From an uncultured Chitinophagales bacterium (GTDB lineage Bacteria > Bacteroidota > Ignavibacteria > UBA10030 > UBA6906): a stretch of 64,000 nucleotides of DNA. Numbering within the stretch: the first letter of the stretch is position 1; each line of letters begins with the position of its first letter. The notes under the pieces are model-generated. The model searched no databases. It was given only the letters and a program-made list of their open reading frames with translations, and was not told where the DNA came from. Location: contig CAZBWR010000001.1 of assembly GCA_964495695.1 (NCBI GenBank), positions 77,909 to 141,908 on the forward strand, written 5' to 3'. This document shows, piece by piece, positions 9,238-18,658 of this stretch. The position numbers and the translations under genes are program-made.

Positions 9238-10725
9238 ATGAACGATAGCACGAACTCGACCGGCCTTCTGCGATCCTTCCCGCGTGTATTCTGGGTTGTG
9301 AACATCATGGAGTTGTTTGAACGGGGAGCCTACTACGGCTTGAACTCGGTCCTTGCAATCTATCTCACGGACAGTTTGCTCGACGGAGGACTCGGGTTCA
9401 GCGAGGAAAGCGTCGGATTCCTGCAGAGCATTATTTATGCATCCGTTTACATCGTCCCGATTATCGGTGGGGCACTGGCAGACCGGTACGGCTACCGCCG
9501 CATGCTTCTTGTCGCCTTCACGTTTCTTGCAACCGGGTATTTCCTAAGCGGGCAGGTATCAACATACGGGGCTGTCTTTGCCTTCCTTTTGCTGATGGCA
9601 CTCGGCGCAGGACTTTTCAAGCCCATCATTACGGGCACCATTGCTCGAACGGCAACCCCGACCAATTCCAGCTTTGGTTTCGGTATCTATTACTGGATGA
9701 TCAACCTTGGGGCATTCATTGCGCCGCTTGCTGTAAACAGGTTACGTGAACTCTCATGGGAAGCGGTATTCACCGCATCGGCGCTGTACTGCGCGTTGAT
9801 GCTTGTGCCAACGGTGCTGATGTACAAGGATCCCGAGCGCCCCGCTGACACAAAACAACTCAAAGACGTCCTCGCTGGCGCAGCGATGGTTCTGGGCGAT
9901 GCCCGCTTCATGCTGATGATCGTCCTCTATTCGGGGTTCTGGATTCTCTACTTCCAGAATTTCGGTTCGGTGCTCTGGTTCTTGCGGGATTTTGTAGATG
10001 CAGCGCCTGCGACAGCGTTACTGCAATCATGGGGACTCCCCTTTACGTTTGACGCTGAGATGGTCACAATCATCAATGCGCTCACAATCATCCTGTTGCA
10101 GTTTGGGGTGTCGAAGATAGTGGACAAGTCCGCCGCTTTGAAAACCATGATTATCGGTATGATCATTGGCGGCCTAGGTTTTGTCTGTCTCGCCTTCGCA
10201 GACGATGTATGGATGTTTGCCTTCGGCATTATAGTCTTCTCCATCGGAGAAATGACAGGTCAGCCGAAATACTACAGCTACGTCGGCATGGTTGCCCCGG
10301 CGGATAAGAAGGCGGTATACATGGGCTATTCGTTCCTGTACGGCGTCATCGGAAGCCTTATCGGTTCGAGTCTCGGAGGATTCATGTACGAGGCGATGTT
10401 GAAGCCGGTTGTCGGCACCCCCGATGCAACTTCGACGTACCGGATTTTCTGGATGATATTCGCCGTGCTGGATTTTGTGGCAATGCTCGGCCTGCTCTGG
10501 TACAACCGCACGCTTGCCGCGGACACACCGGCCAACAATGCCCGGGCCCGGCAAATCATGATTGTTGTGTATGGCATTCTACTTGTCATCGGAGCCTATT
10601 TCCTCTACGCATCACTGGTCGACGCCGAGACCATCAAGTACAGGACAATGATCCAGGCACTCATCATGCTTGCACTCGGCGCGGGAGGCATGATCGTGAG
10701 CCGAAAACCCTCATCGCAGAGGTGA
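9238..10725 (+). CDS. POT/PTR2 family proton-dependent oligopeptide transporter (MFS)
   Basis: ExxER motif MELFERGAYYGL, and the PTR2 signature GGALADRYGYRR. Roughly 12-14 hydrophobic segments. Confidence 0.9.
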   Translation: MNDSTNSTGLLRSFPRVFWVVNIMELFERGAYYGLNSVLAIYLTDSLLDGGLGFSEESVGFLQSIIYASVYIVPIIGGALADRYGYRRMLLVAFTFLATGYFLSGQVSTYGAVFAFLLLMALGAGLFKPIITGTIARTATPTNSSFGFGIYYWMINLGAFIAPLAVNRLRELSWEAVFTASALYCALMLVPTVLMYKDPERPADTKQLKDVLAGAAMVLGDARFMLMIVLYSGFWILYFQNFGSVLWFLRDFVDAAPATALLQSWGLPFTFDAEMVTIINALTIILLQFGVSKIVDKSAALKTMIIGMIIGGLGFVCLAFADDVWMFAFGIIVFSIGEMTGQPKYYSYVGMVAPADKKAVYMGYSFLYGVIGSLIGSSLGGFMYEAMLKPVVGTPDATSTYRIFWMIFAVLDFVAMLGLLWYNRTLAADTPANNARARQIMIVVYGILLVIGAYFLYASLVDAETIKYRTMIQALIMLALGAGGMIVSRKPSSQR

Positions 10726-11096
10726 CAATGTTCGTGAGAGATTTGAATGAGTGCGAAGAGTTTATCGCAGGCGACGCGACAATCCTGCGAGAGTTGCTGC
10801 ATCCGGATAAAGCTCCCCTCGAGCTCCGTTACAGTCTTGCGCATGCGGTTCTGCCGCCGGGCAAGGCATCTACGCCACACAGCCTGAAGACGTCGGAAGT
10901 CTACTATATCCTGCAGGGGAACGGACGAATGCACATCAATGATGAGACTGCGAATGTAAAGGCCGGACACGCGGTGTATATTCCACCCGAGGCTGTCCAG
11001 CACATCGAAAACACAGGGACATCCGATCTCAAGTTCATCTGTATCGTTGACCCTGCGTGGCGCAAAGAAGATGAAATTGTATTGTTGAACAAGTAA
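10722..11096 (+). CDS. Cupin domain protein
   Basis: Cupin_2 pattern PHSLKTSEVYYILQGNGRMHIND...AGHAVYIPPEAVQHIENTG. GTG at 10722 overlaps the POT stop (GTGA); ATG at 10728 is an alternative start. Confidence 0.75.
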   Translation: MTMFVRDLNECEEFIAGDATILRELLHPDKAPLELRYSLAHAVLPPGKASTPHSLKTSEVYYILQGNGRMHINDETANVKAGHAVYIPPEAVQHIENTGTSDLKFICIVDPAWRKEDEIVLLNK

Positions 11097-11103
11097 GGAA
11101 CAC

Positions 11104-12198
11104 ATGTCAGTACCAGTATCAGGAATTCTCGACCTCGATCCGAAGCGGTATGGATTTCTCAGGCCCGCCTCTCTCACAATGAAGGCCAGCAAAAGTGATA
11201 CGTTCGTCCCCGCATCGCTGATTGGAAAGTACAAACTCCGTCAAGGTGTATATGTGGAGGGTACGGCGGAAGAAAAGCGCAACAAGAGCCCGGAGATGAA
11301 GAACATTGACGGCGTCAACGGCTTGCCTCCTGCCGAGTGGAGCCGTATCAAGGAATTCTCTCAGCATGAAGTCATCTCCCCCGATCAGATCATCCGTCTG
11401 GAGGGACCGGAGTCGAACATCTCGATGCGTGTGGTGGATTTGTTTTGCCCTGTCGGAAAGGGACAGCGTGCACTGATTGTCTCCCCTCCCAAAGCGGGCA
11501 AGACGGTTCTCATGCAGCAGCTTGCGCACGCCATCAGCCACAACAATCCCGAAATCGACTTGCTGGTGTTGTTGATTGACGAACGCCCCGAAGAAGTAAC
11601 CGACATGCGCCGCACGATAAAGGGGGAAGTGTTTGCAAGTTCCAGCGACAGCGAGCGCGGCACACACGTCCGGCTTGCACAGCTCGTTCTTGAATATGCC
11701 AAGCGGAAAGTGGAAGTCGGAAAAGATGTTGTTATTCTGCTCGATTCGCTGACACGCCTCGGGCGTGCATTCAACATTCACCAGCGGAGCAGCGGGAGAA
11801 CGATGTCGGGTGGTGTTGACGCACGGGCTCTCGAAATCCCGAAACGCATTTTCGGCGCCGCCCGCAACTGCGAGGGTGGTGGCTCCCTCACGATCATCGC
11901 CACTGCCTTGATTGACACCGGATCACGCATGGACGAGCTGATCTTTCAGGAGTTCAAAGGAACCGGGAACATGGAGCTGGTTCTAGACCGCGATATGGCG
12001 AATGAGAGGATCTTCCCGGCCATCAATCTTTCTCTCTCCGGCACGAGACGGGAGGAGCTTTTGTTTGGCGACGCAACGGCGCAGCATCAAAAACTTCGCC
12101 GTGCAATAGCGCGCATGGCACCACGTGAGGCAATGCTCGCTGTGCATAAATTGCTTGACCAGTATCCGGCGAATGATCATCTTCTTGCAAAAGTCTGA
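11104..12198 (+). CDS. rho: Transcription termination factor Rho (short form, no N-terminal helix bundle)
   Basis: OB/CSD RNA-binding segment YGFLR...[17 protein letters not shown], Walker A PPKAGKT, and R-loop-like [25 protein letters not shown] upstream. An in-frame TGA at 11086-11088 blocks any N-terminal extension. Confidence 0.9.
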   Translation: MSVPVSGILDLDPKRYGFLRPASLTMKASKSDTFVPASLIGKYKLRQGVYVEGTAEEKRNKSPEMKNIDGVNGLPPAEWSRIKEFSQHEVISPDQIIRLEGPESNISMRVVDLFCPVGKGQRALIVSPPKAGKTVLMQQLAHAISHNNPEIDLLVLLIDERPEEVTDMRRTIKGEVFASSSDSERGTHVRLAQLVLEYAKRKVEVGKDVVILLDSLTRLGRAFNIHQRSSGRTMSGGVDARALEIPKRIFGAARNCEGGGSLTIIATALIDTGSRMDELIFQEFKGTGNMELVLDRDMANERIFPAINLSLSGTRREELLFGDATAQHQKLRRAIARMAPREAMLAVHKLLDQYPANDHLLAKV

Positions 12199-12239
12199 CA
12201 GGCGGGCCATGCCCGCTCCGTACGCTTCACCACGATCAC

Positions 12240-13145
12240 ATGCACACAACCGCTCTCTCCATCAAAGCACCCGCACGATTTAACTTCTGGCGGACCGTCT
12301 ACAGTCATGGCTGGGTCGATCTCGCTCCATTTTCATTCGACCCGGAGAAGCAGGAATTTTCCCGCATCATCACCACTGATGACGGCCGCGTCGCAGCGCT
12401 CCGGGTAGGCACCCGCAACGGGAAGATCAACATCTCGGCTGCATCGAAGAAACAGCTTGATGCTGTCCAACGACTCTCGATCCGCCGGCAGGTTTCGACA
12501 TGCCTGCGACTCGACGAAGACTTGTCAGAGTTTCACGCTGCGGCACGCAAGTATCCCGCTTTCAAGTGGATCTCCGAAACAGGCACAGGACGCATGCTCC
12601 GGTCTCCCTCCGTGTTTGAGGATGCCGTCAAAATGATCTGTACAACGAACTGCACATGGGCGCTGACAAAGATCATGACGGAAAACCTCGTCTTTGCATT
12701 CGGGACTCCCTTTGATGCACGATTGCGGGCGTTCCCACAACCGGAAGCCATCGCCGCATCCTCAGAGAGCTTCCTCCGTAAGCACATCAAAACAGGCTAT
12801 CGTTCTCCGTTTATCATCGAGTTGGCGGAACGCGTCGCATCCGGCAAGCTCGACATCGAGTCATGGCGAACATCAACAATGCCGACCGACGGACTCTTCA
12901 AGGAAATGAGGGCCGTAAAAGGCATCGGTCCGTACGCTGCAGGAAATCTTATGAAACTCGTTGGACGCTATGATTATCTCGGACTTGATTCATGGGTGAG
13001 GGCACAATATTACAGGCTTCATCGCAAGGGAAGAAAAGTAAAAGACTCGACCATCGAGCGCCATTATGAGAAATTCGGACGGTGGCGCGGACTCTTCTTT
13101 TGGTTCGAGATGACACGCCACTGGCACGACGAAAAGTTCCGCTAA
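12240..13145 (+). CDS. HhH-GPD superfamily DNA glycosylase (AlkA/3-methyladenine glycosylase II-like)
   Basis: Helix-hairpin-helix plus Gly/Pro loop VKGIGPYAAGNLM, followed by a candidate catalytic Asp (LGLDSW). Size is typical of the AlkA-like family. Confidence 0.7.
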   Translation: MHTTALSIKAPARFNFWRTVYSHGWVDLAPFSFDPEKQEFSRIITTDDGRVAALRVGTRNGKINISAASKKQLDAVQRLSIRRQVSTCLRLDEDLSEFHAAARKYPAFKWISETGTGRMLRSPSVFEDAVKMICTTNCTWALTKIMTENLVFAFGTPFDARLRAFPQPEAIAASSESFLRKHIKTGYRSPFIIELAERVASGKLDIESWRTSTMPTDGLFKEMRAVKGIGPYAAGNLMKLVGRYDYLGLDSWVRAQYYRLHRKGRKVKDSTIERHYEKFGRWRGLFFWFEMTRHWHDEKFR

Positions 13146-14585
13146 ATGACAACTCTGAAAACGCCGATTATGAAATTTCTCAACCGGTTTCTTCTGATCG
13201 CCGGACTGCTTCTCATCGTTCTCACGCTCTCGTTCCGCGTCCGCGCCGATGGGACGGTCAGCATTTTATGGCGCGACAATGTATCGCTTGCATTGACGTT
13301 TGCCCTGATCGGACTTGCTCTGCTCGTCACCTGGTGGTTTCTATCACGATTCTTGAAATCACGCGGAAGGGATACGTTCACCGGCGGTATTCCTTCTTTC
13401 GCCACACCTGCGGCTCCGTACAACATCTTCGGAAAGATGGAACCCGCGGTACGCTTCAGGATGGGGGTTGCCGTTTTTCTCACATTTTCCATCATCGGTC
13501 CGATCGGTGTCCTGATGAGTATGTCGACGCACCCGGTACACCCCGTCACCGTATTGATCACTACAATCGCCTCTGGATGCATAGGCTCAAGCTTCATCTT
13601 CTTCGGGAACCGGAAGATCTTGCTGGTGCTGGCATTTCTTACTTTTCAGGCCATGAATCTCTCCGCCCCCGAGATTACGCAATGGATCACGAACACACCG
13701 GCACCCCCAAAGACAGCGTTGCTGGACAATGTGCCGATGAGCAGGCTCGAGGATATTTCAGCGCAACGAAAACTGATCGGCGTTACGGCAATATTTCTGC
13801 TCACATCGGGCTACATTATGTGGATTGTTGTGCTGAATAAAGAGGGGGCAAAGCGCATCCGTTATCAGACAGAAGTGCAGGTGGCGCGGGAAATCCAGCA
13901 ACGCCTACTTCCGTCCGGGATGTTTGCAACAGGATGGTGTGAAGCATACGGTATAACGACTGCGGCGGCAGATGTAGGAGGTGACTATTTCGATTTTGTG
14001 AGATTGGCCGATGACCGCGTTGTAATTGTCGTCGCCGATGTGTCAGGGCACGGCATCGGGGCCGGTATCGTTTCGACCATGACGAAGAGCGCCTTGCGCG
14101 CGCAGCTCTTGCATGATCCATCCCCCGTTGCCGTCATGCAGACGTTGAACAACGTTATGATGCAAATTTCCGAAAAGAAGACGTTTGTTACACTTGCTTA
14201 CGTTCTGCTTGATCAGTCTGCACAGACGGCGTTTATTGCGACTGCGGGACATACCCCTGTCCTGTATTGCACAGCTGAACATGACGTCCATGAACTCCGC
14301 ACGCAAAGCCTCGGCCTCGGAATGCATGCTGGTGCACAGTTCCACGAGTTGAAGCAGACTTTTTCGCAGGGGGATAAGCTCATACTCTACACCGATGGCG
14401 TTATAGAGGCGGTGAATAACGCCTCGGAGCAGTTTGGTAGCGAGAGATTAAAACATCTGGCCAGACAGTCGCAAGGACAAACCGTTCTTCAAACAACCGA
14501 GCTTGTCCTCAACTCCGTCAGGACATTTACCGGCAAGCAACAATTTGCAGACGACGCTACTGTTGTTACAATTGAATTGACGTGA
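13146..14585 (+). CDS. Membrane-anchored PP2C-type (SpoIIE family) serine phosphatase
   Basis: The N-terminal ~230 aa contain several hydrophobic helices. The C-terminal SpoIIE domain carries AREIQQRLLP, GGDYFDF, VADVSGHGIGAG and LYTDGVIEA. Confidence 0.85.
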   Translation: MTTLKTPIMKFLNRFLLIAGLLLIVLTLSFRVRADGTVSILWRDNVSLALTFALIGLALLVTWWFLSRFLKSRGRDTFTGGIPSFATPAAPYNIFGKMEPAVRFRMGVAVFLTFSIIGPIGVLMSMSTHPVHPVTVLITTIASGCIGSSFIFFGNRKILLVLAFLTFQAMNLSAPEITQWITNTPAPPKTALLDNVPMSRLEDISAQRKLIGVTAIFLLTSGYIMWIVVLNKEGAKRIRYQTEVQVAREIQQRLLPSGMFATGWCEAYGITTAAADVGGDYFDFVRLADDRVVIVVADVSGHGIGAGIVSTMTKSALRAQLLHDPSPVAVMQTLNNVMMQISEKKTFVTLAYVLLDQSAQTAFIATAGHTPVLYCTAEHDVHELRTQSLGLGMHAGAQFHELKQTFSQGDKLILYTDGVIEAVNNASEQFGSERLKHLARQSQGQTVLQTTELVLNSVRTFTGKQQFADDATVVTIELT

Positions 14586-14920
14586 TGACGCGGGAACAGG
14601 CAGAATTGGATATCGGGCGGGAAATGGCAACAGCCCGCAAAGCGGAGGCTGCCGGCAATGCGGGTATGGCAAGGGTGTGCGCCCGTCGCGCGGCAGGAAT
14701 TGCAATCGCATTCTGGCTGCAAAGCAATGCGAGAGAGACCTGGGGCACAGACGCATTAAGCCGCCTGAAGTCAATTCAAACCGAAGTATCTATGCCGGAG
14801 TCCGTGAGAAACGCGGCTCTCCGCCTCACAACCAGACTCGCAAGCGACTTCACTTCACCGGCAACTCATCCCATAGAAGACGGAATCATTATCATAAACT
14901 ATTTGATGGAGAACGTATGA
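14582..14920 (+). CDS. Hypothetical small alpha-helical protein
   Basis: It overlaps the SpoIIE stop (GTGA at 14582-14585; ATG at 14585 is also possible) and its own stop overlaps the PepP start (ATGA at 14917-14920). No family was recognised. Confidence 0.5.
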   Translation: MMTREQAELDIGREMATARKAEAAGNAGMARVCARRAAGIAIAFWLQSNARETWGTDALSRLKSIQTEVSMPESVRNAALRLTTRLASDFTSPATHPIEDGIIIINYLMENV

Positions 14921-16320
14921 AATCACTATTGCTTGTCCTGATTGTGGCCGCAACCGGAGCTTTGGCTCAGCCTCTGCAACTGGATATGAAAGTGTTTGAG
15001 GATCGTCGAGCCGCTTTCGTAAAGGAAATGAAACCGAACAGCGTCGCCATTTTCCCGTGCAAGCCCGTGTACCTGAGAAATCTCGACGTCGATTATGAAT
15101 ACCGCCAGGAAAGCAACTTCTACTATCTCAGTGGATTCGAAGAGCCGGAGGCTATTTTGGTCTTTGCTCCCTCCGCGCCACGCAACAAATACGTGATGTT
15201 CGTCCGGAAGCGCGACCAGGCGCGTGAGACCTATGACGGCCCGCGCGCCGGCATCGACGGTGCAATGATCCGGTTCGGCGCTGATACCGCGTATCTCTAT
15301 ACACAATTCGAGTCCGTCATCAATCAATACATGATCCCTGACGGATTGCTGTACTATACATTCGGGATCAATCCCGAGATAGATGAAATGGTACGCCGGC
15401 TGTTTGTTGAACGCCGTGCCCGTGCAAACTACGCAATTGAAGACCCTTCGCCGATAGTGGCTGAGATGCGGCTCATCAAGAACGATGGAGATCTGCGGAT
15501 GGGGATGCGCAAAGCGGTTGAGATCACCGCGCTGGCGTTCAATGAAGCCATCAGATCGATCCAGCCGGGAATGTATGAGAACGAAATACAGGGAGTCTTC
15601 GAGTTCATGTTCAGGCGCAACGGATCGCCACGCAACGGCTACCCATGCATCGTCGGTTCGGGCCCCAACAGCACAATTCTTCATTACAATACAAACAACA
15701 TGAGAATGAACGACGGGGAGATGATCCTCATGGATTGCGGAGCGGAGTACGGGTATTACTCCGCCGACATCACCCGGTCTGTTCCCGTCAACGGCAAGTT
15801 CTCGAAAGAGCAACGGGATATCTATCAGCTTGTACTGGACGCACAGAATGCCGGTATGCGCCTGGTCAAGCCGGGACTCATCAAAAAGGCGATTGATGAT
15901 GCGATCGACTCTGTATTCGGCAACGGTTTGGTGCGGCTCGGCTTCATCCGGGACAAGAAAGATTTCAAGATGTTCTCGCTTCACGGCTACGCCCATTGGA
16001 TCGGGCTTGAAGTCCACGATGTTGGCAACTACACTATCAACGGCGCTTCGCGTCCTTTGCAATCGGGCATGTGTTTCACCATCGAGCCAGGCATTTACGT
16101 CCGACCCGACGTTTTCGAGAAAATGGAGAAAGCCGGTTACTCCCAATCGGAAATTGCGGAGATTCGGAAGCGGGTCGAACCTTACATGCACATCGGTGTG
16201 CGTATTGAGGATGACATACTTGTAACGGAGACGGGCTATATCAACATGAGCGCATCGGTACCGCGTGAAATTCCTGAAATCGAAAAAATGATGAAGCAGA
16301 AGGGCGTTGGAAACTACTAA
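14917..16320 (+). CDS. pepP: Xaa-Pro aminopeptidase (M24B, PepP-like), exported
   Basis: Start trimmed to the ATG at 14917 (signal peptide MKSLLLVLIVAATGALAQ). AMP_N domain followed by an M24 catalytic core: HYNTNN, MDCGAEYGYYSADITR, HWIGLEVHD, TIEPGIY, IRIEDD. Confidence 0.9.
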   Translation: MKSLLLVLIVAATGALAQPLQLDMKVFEDRRAAFVKEMKPNSVAIFPCKPVYLRNLDVDYEYRQESNFYYLSGFEEPEAILVFAPSAPRNKYVMFVRKRDQARETYDGPRAGIDGAMIRFGADTAYLYTQFESVINQYMIPDGLLYYTFGINPEIDEMVRRLFVERRARANYAIEDPSPIVAEMRLIKNDGDLRMGMRKAVEITALAFNEAIRSIQPGMYENEIQGVFEFMFRRNGSPRNGYPCIVGSGPNSTILHYNTNNMRMNDGEMILMDCGAEYGYYSADITRSVPVNGKFSKEQRDIYQLVLDAQNAGMRLVKPGLIKKAIDDAIDSVFGNGLVRLGFIRDKKDFKMFSLHGYAHWIGLEVHDVGNYTINGASRPLQSGMCFTIEPGIYVRPDVFEKMEKAGYSQSEIAEIRKRVEPYMHIGVRIEDDILVTETGYINMSASVPREIPEIEKMMKQKGVGNY

Positions 16321-16329
16321 AGATAAACA

Positions 16330-16354
16330 GGGGTGGCGGAACAACCGTCACCCC
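16330..16354. terminator. Candidate bidirectional stem-loop between convergent genes
   Basis: GGGGTGGCGG / CCGTCACCCC form a 10-bp stem with one mismatch and a 5-nt loop. It sits in the 57-bp gap between pepP (+) and the minus-strand OMP gene. Confidence 0.4.
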
Positions 16355-16377
16355 GCCTGATTGTACGGCAGAACATT

Positions 16378-17391
16378 CTAGAACGCATACCCGAGTCCAA
16401 AACTCAAGCCATTCAGCAGGGCGGCATTGTAATCTACATGAATGGCAAACTTCCAGACCGAGGCGCTGATTCCACCCAGTATACGCCCGCGACCGCCGGA
16501 GTCGAATCGCAGACTTTGGTTCCCGATGTAGGGATCCGCAAAGATGTAGTTCAAATCAAGGCTCCCGTTTTCGAAACCGAAAGCGACGTACGGCGATACG
16601 CCAAAGATTCCTGCTGAGAATGTCCTGCTTACGAACACTTGAAGCGTAAAGGACGAGAGATCTGAATCAATCTCGTACTCTTTATCCTTTGCCCTCATCG
16701 TCAGGGATTGCGCCATGAACTGAGCGGTGACCTCCACCGGCAGGTTGAAATAACGTGATACCTTGTGCCGCGCGCCGAATCCAAACGCCTTTACCTCTCC
16801 GATATCCGGGACCGTGACAGGAGGAATGTACCGGAGCATCACGTCCGTCCCGAACAGCGATCCAACAGTCAACTGCGGCATACCAACGATGACGGTAGAA
16901 AGATCCTGATAGCCACCAACAGTGACGGTCGCATCCTGCTGGATGAAATCATACACACCCGGCTTGTAGGGAAGGCCTTTCGGGCGAATGCGTTTCAACC
17001 GGCCTGTAAAGGTCGCCGTACGGGAAAGTCCTGCAGCCGTGGGGAAGTTCGCCGGGGCTATTTCGAGGTCGCCCAGAAACTGAACGCCATTATAGGTGAA
17101 CTCAACTGTCCGGCTGAACGGCTTCGGCTTGAACGTCTTCTGCTCATCCGGAATAACGACTGTCATGGCAACCAACTGCACGCCGATATGAATGCCATCC
17201 TGCGACGGAACCGGATGGAACAAGCCGGCGTGAATGCTCGACTGCAACGCGTCCACCACCGGCTGGAGGAATGGCCGGGCGTTCTCTCCAACGAATTGAC
17301 TCACCTCGCGGGCAAATTCCTGTGCCTGTAATGACGAAAATGACAATGTCAGGAGCACCAGGAGCTTCGCTGATAGCAATTGAATTTTCAT
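16378..17391 (-). CDS. Hypothetical exported protein, probably an outer-membrane beta-barrel
   Basis: ATG at 17391 (GTG at 17394 is also in frame). Signal peptide MKIQLLSAKLLVLLTLSFSSLQAQ, beta-rich sequence, and a C-terminal ...FGLGYAF ending in Phe. Confidence 0.6.
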   Translation of the reverse strand: MKIQLLSAKLLVLLTLSFSSLQAQEFAREVSQFVGENARPFLQPVVDALQSSIHAGLFHPVPSQDGIHIGVQLVAMTVVIPDEQKTFKPKPFSRTVEFTYNGVQFLGDLEIAPANFPTAAGLSRTATFTGRLKRIRPKGLPYKPGVYDFIQQDATVTVGGYQDLSTVIVGMPQLTVGSLFGTDVMLRYIPPVTVPDIGEVKAFGFGARHKVSRYFNLPVEVTAQFMAQSLTMRAKDKEYEIDSDLSSFTLQVFVSRTFSAGIFGVSPYVAFGFENGSLDLNYIFADPYIGNQSLRFDSGGRGRILGGISASVWKFAIHVDYNAALLNGLSFGLGYAF

Positions 17392-17443
17392 CACGAGTCC
17401 CCCCTATCTTGCTTGAATCATGTAAAGAACAAAGATCTCGTAC

Positions 17444-18529
17444 TTAATCTCCAAAACAGGTGCCGACTGCGCGGGCGGCGAACACAAGCTGCGAGTCACC
17501 GGGAACGAGCCGTTGCTTGCCGATTGCATCCTTTAGTGGCACGGTCACCACATGGTTTCGCTGCAGGCTGGCCAGCACGCCGAACTCTCCGCGTGACGCC
17601 GCCTCAAGGGCAACGGTGCCGAAGCGGGTTGCAAGAATCCGGTCGAATGCCGTGGGGCTTCCACCGCGTTGAACGTGTCCAAGCACAGTCACGCGTGTCT
17701 CGAGTCCGGTTTCATCCTCGATTTTTTTGGCAACCAACTCGCCGATCCCGCCGAGCTGCACGGGGTCTGTGCGCTTCTTATCCATTGCCTTTACACTTAC
17801 GTCGCCGCCGACAGGCTTGGCACCTTCCGCAACGGAAATGATACTGAACTTCGCCCCTTTGCTGCGCATCAGAACGTGGTCGTAAATTTTGTCCCAGTGG
17901 AATGGAATCTCGGGAATAAGCACAATATCAGCCCCACCGGCCAGCCCTGCGCCGAGGGCAATCCATCCCGCATAGCGTCCCATTGTTTCGACAACGATCA
18001 CACGGTGATGGGCCGACGCGGTTGTTTGCAATCTGTCGATCGCCTCGGTAGCAACGGCACGTGCCGAATCATGTCCGAAGGTGATGTCAGTCGCATCCAA
18101 GTCGTTATCGATGGTCTTTGGGACGCCCACGACGTTCAGCCCCATCTCATGTAATTTTTGCGCGATGATTTGCGTGCCGTCGCCGCCAATTGTAATGAGC
18201 GCGTCAAGTCGGAGATCACGATAATGCTCGATGACACGCTGGGACGCATCAATGATCCTGACGTTAGCCCCTGTGCCGACAGGAAAGTGAAAGGGGTCCC
18301 CTTTGTTCGAGGTCCCGAGAATTGTTCCCCCGACATTGATGATGCCCATGACATCAATTGGCGAGAGTTCACGATGACGACCTTCAACCATTCCCTCGTA
18401 TCCATCGAGAATGCCAATCACCGTTGCGTTGAAGTGCGACATGGCCGGCTTTGCAACACTGCGGATAACGGCATTGAGTCCGGGACAATCACCGCCACCC
18501 GTAAGTATTCCGATACGTTTCAGTTTCAT
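17444..18529 (-). CDS. pfkA: 6-phosphofructokinase (ATP versus PPi dependence not resolved)
   Basis: Start trimmed to the ATG at 18529 (AAGGA upstream). Motifs GILTGGGDCPGLNAVIR, TIGGDGT, GVPKTIDNDL and MGRYAGWIAL are present. Confidence 0.9.
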   Translation of the reverse strand: MKLKRIGILTGGGDCPGLNAVIRSVAKPAMSHFNATVIGILDGYEGMVEGRHRELSPIDVMGIINVGGTILGTSNKGDPFHFPVGTGANVRIIDASQRVIEHYRDLRLDALITIGGDGTQIIAQKLHEMGLNVVGVPKTIDNDLDATDITFGHDSARAVATEAIDRLQTTASAHHRVIVVETMGRYAGWIALGAGLAGGADIVLIPEIPFHWDKIYDHVLMRSKGAKFSIISVAEGAKPVGGDVSVKAMDKKRTDPVQLGGIGELVAKKIEDETGLETRVTVLGHVQRGGSPTAFDRILATRFGTVALEAASRGEFGVLASLQRNHVVTVPLKDAIGKQRLVPGDSQLVFAARAVGTCFGD

Positions 18530-18658
18530 TCTGCATCCTTTGTCAGATTTCATTGCCCGGAGGAGTTCTGTCCGTGGTTCCGGTTGATAAATATACGGTT
18601 TTCAACGGATTTATGTAAGAAACGCTGCTTGAAGATTGAGCAAATGTTTTGCATCTTT

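Noticed and set aside
13082-13840. 252-aa plus-strand ORF overlapping the end of the glycosylase gene and the start of the SpoIIE gene in another frame.
   Set aside because: The competing frame (13146-14585) encodes clear transmembrane helices followed by a complete SpoIIE domain. The 252-aa translation is R/H/C-rich and featureless.
14926-16344. 472-aa ORF antisense to pepP.
   Set aside because: It is fully contained within, and antisense to, a gene with unambiguous M24B motifs. Its translation has no recognisable domain and a skewed R/H/D composition typical of antisense frames in GC-rich coding DNA.
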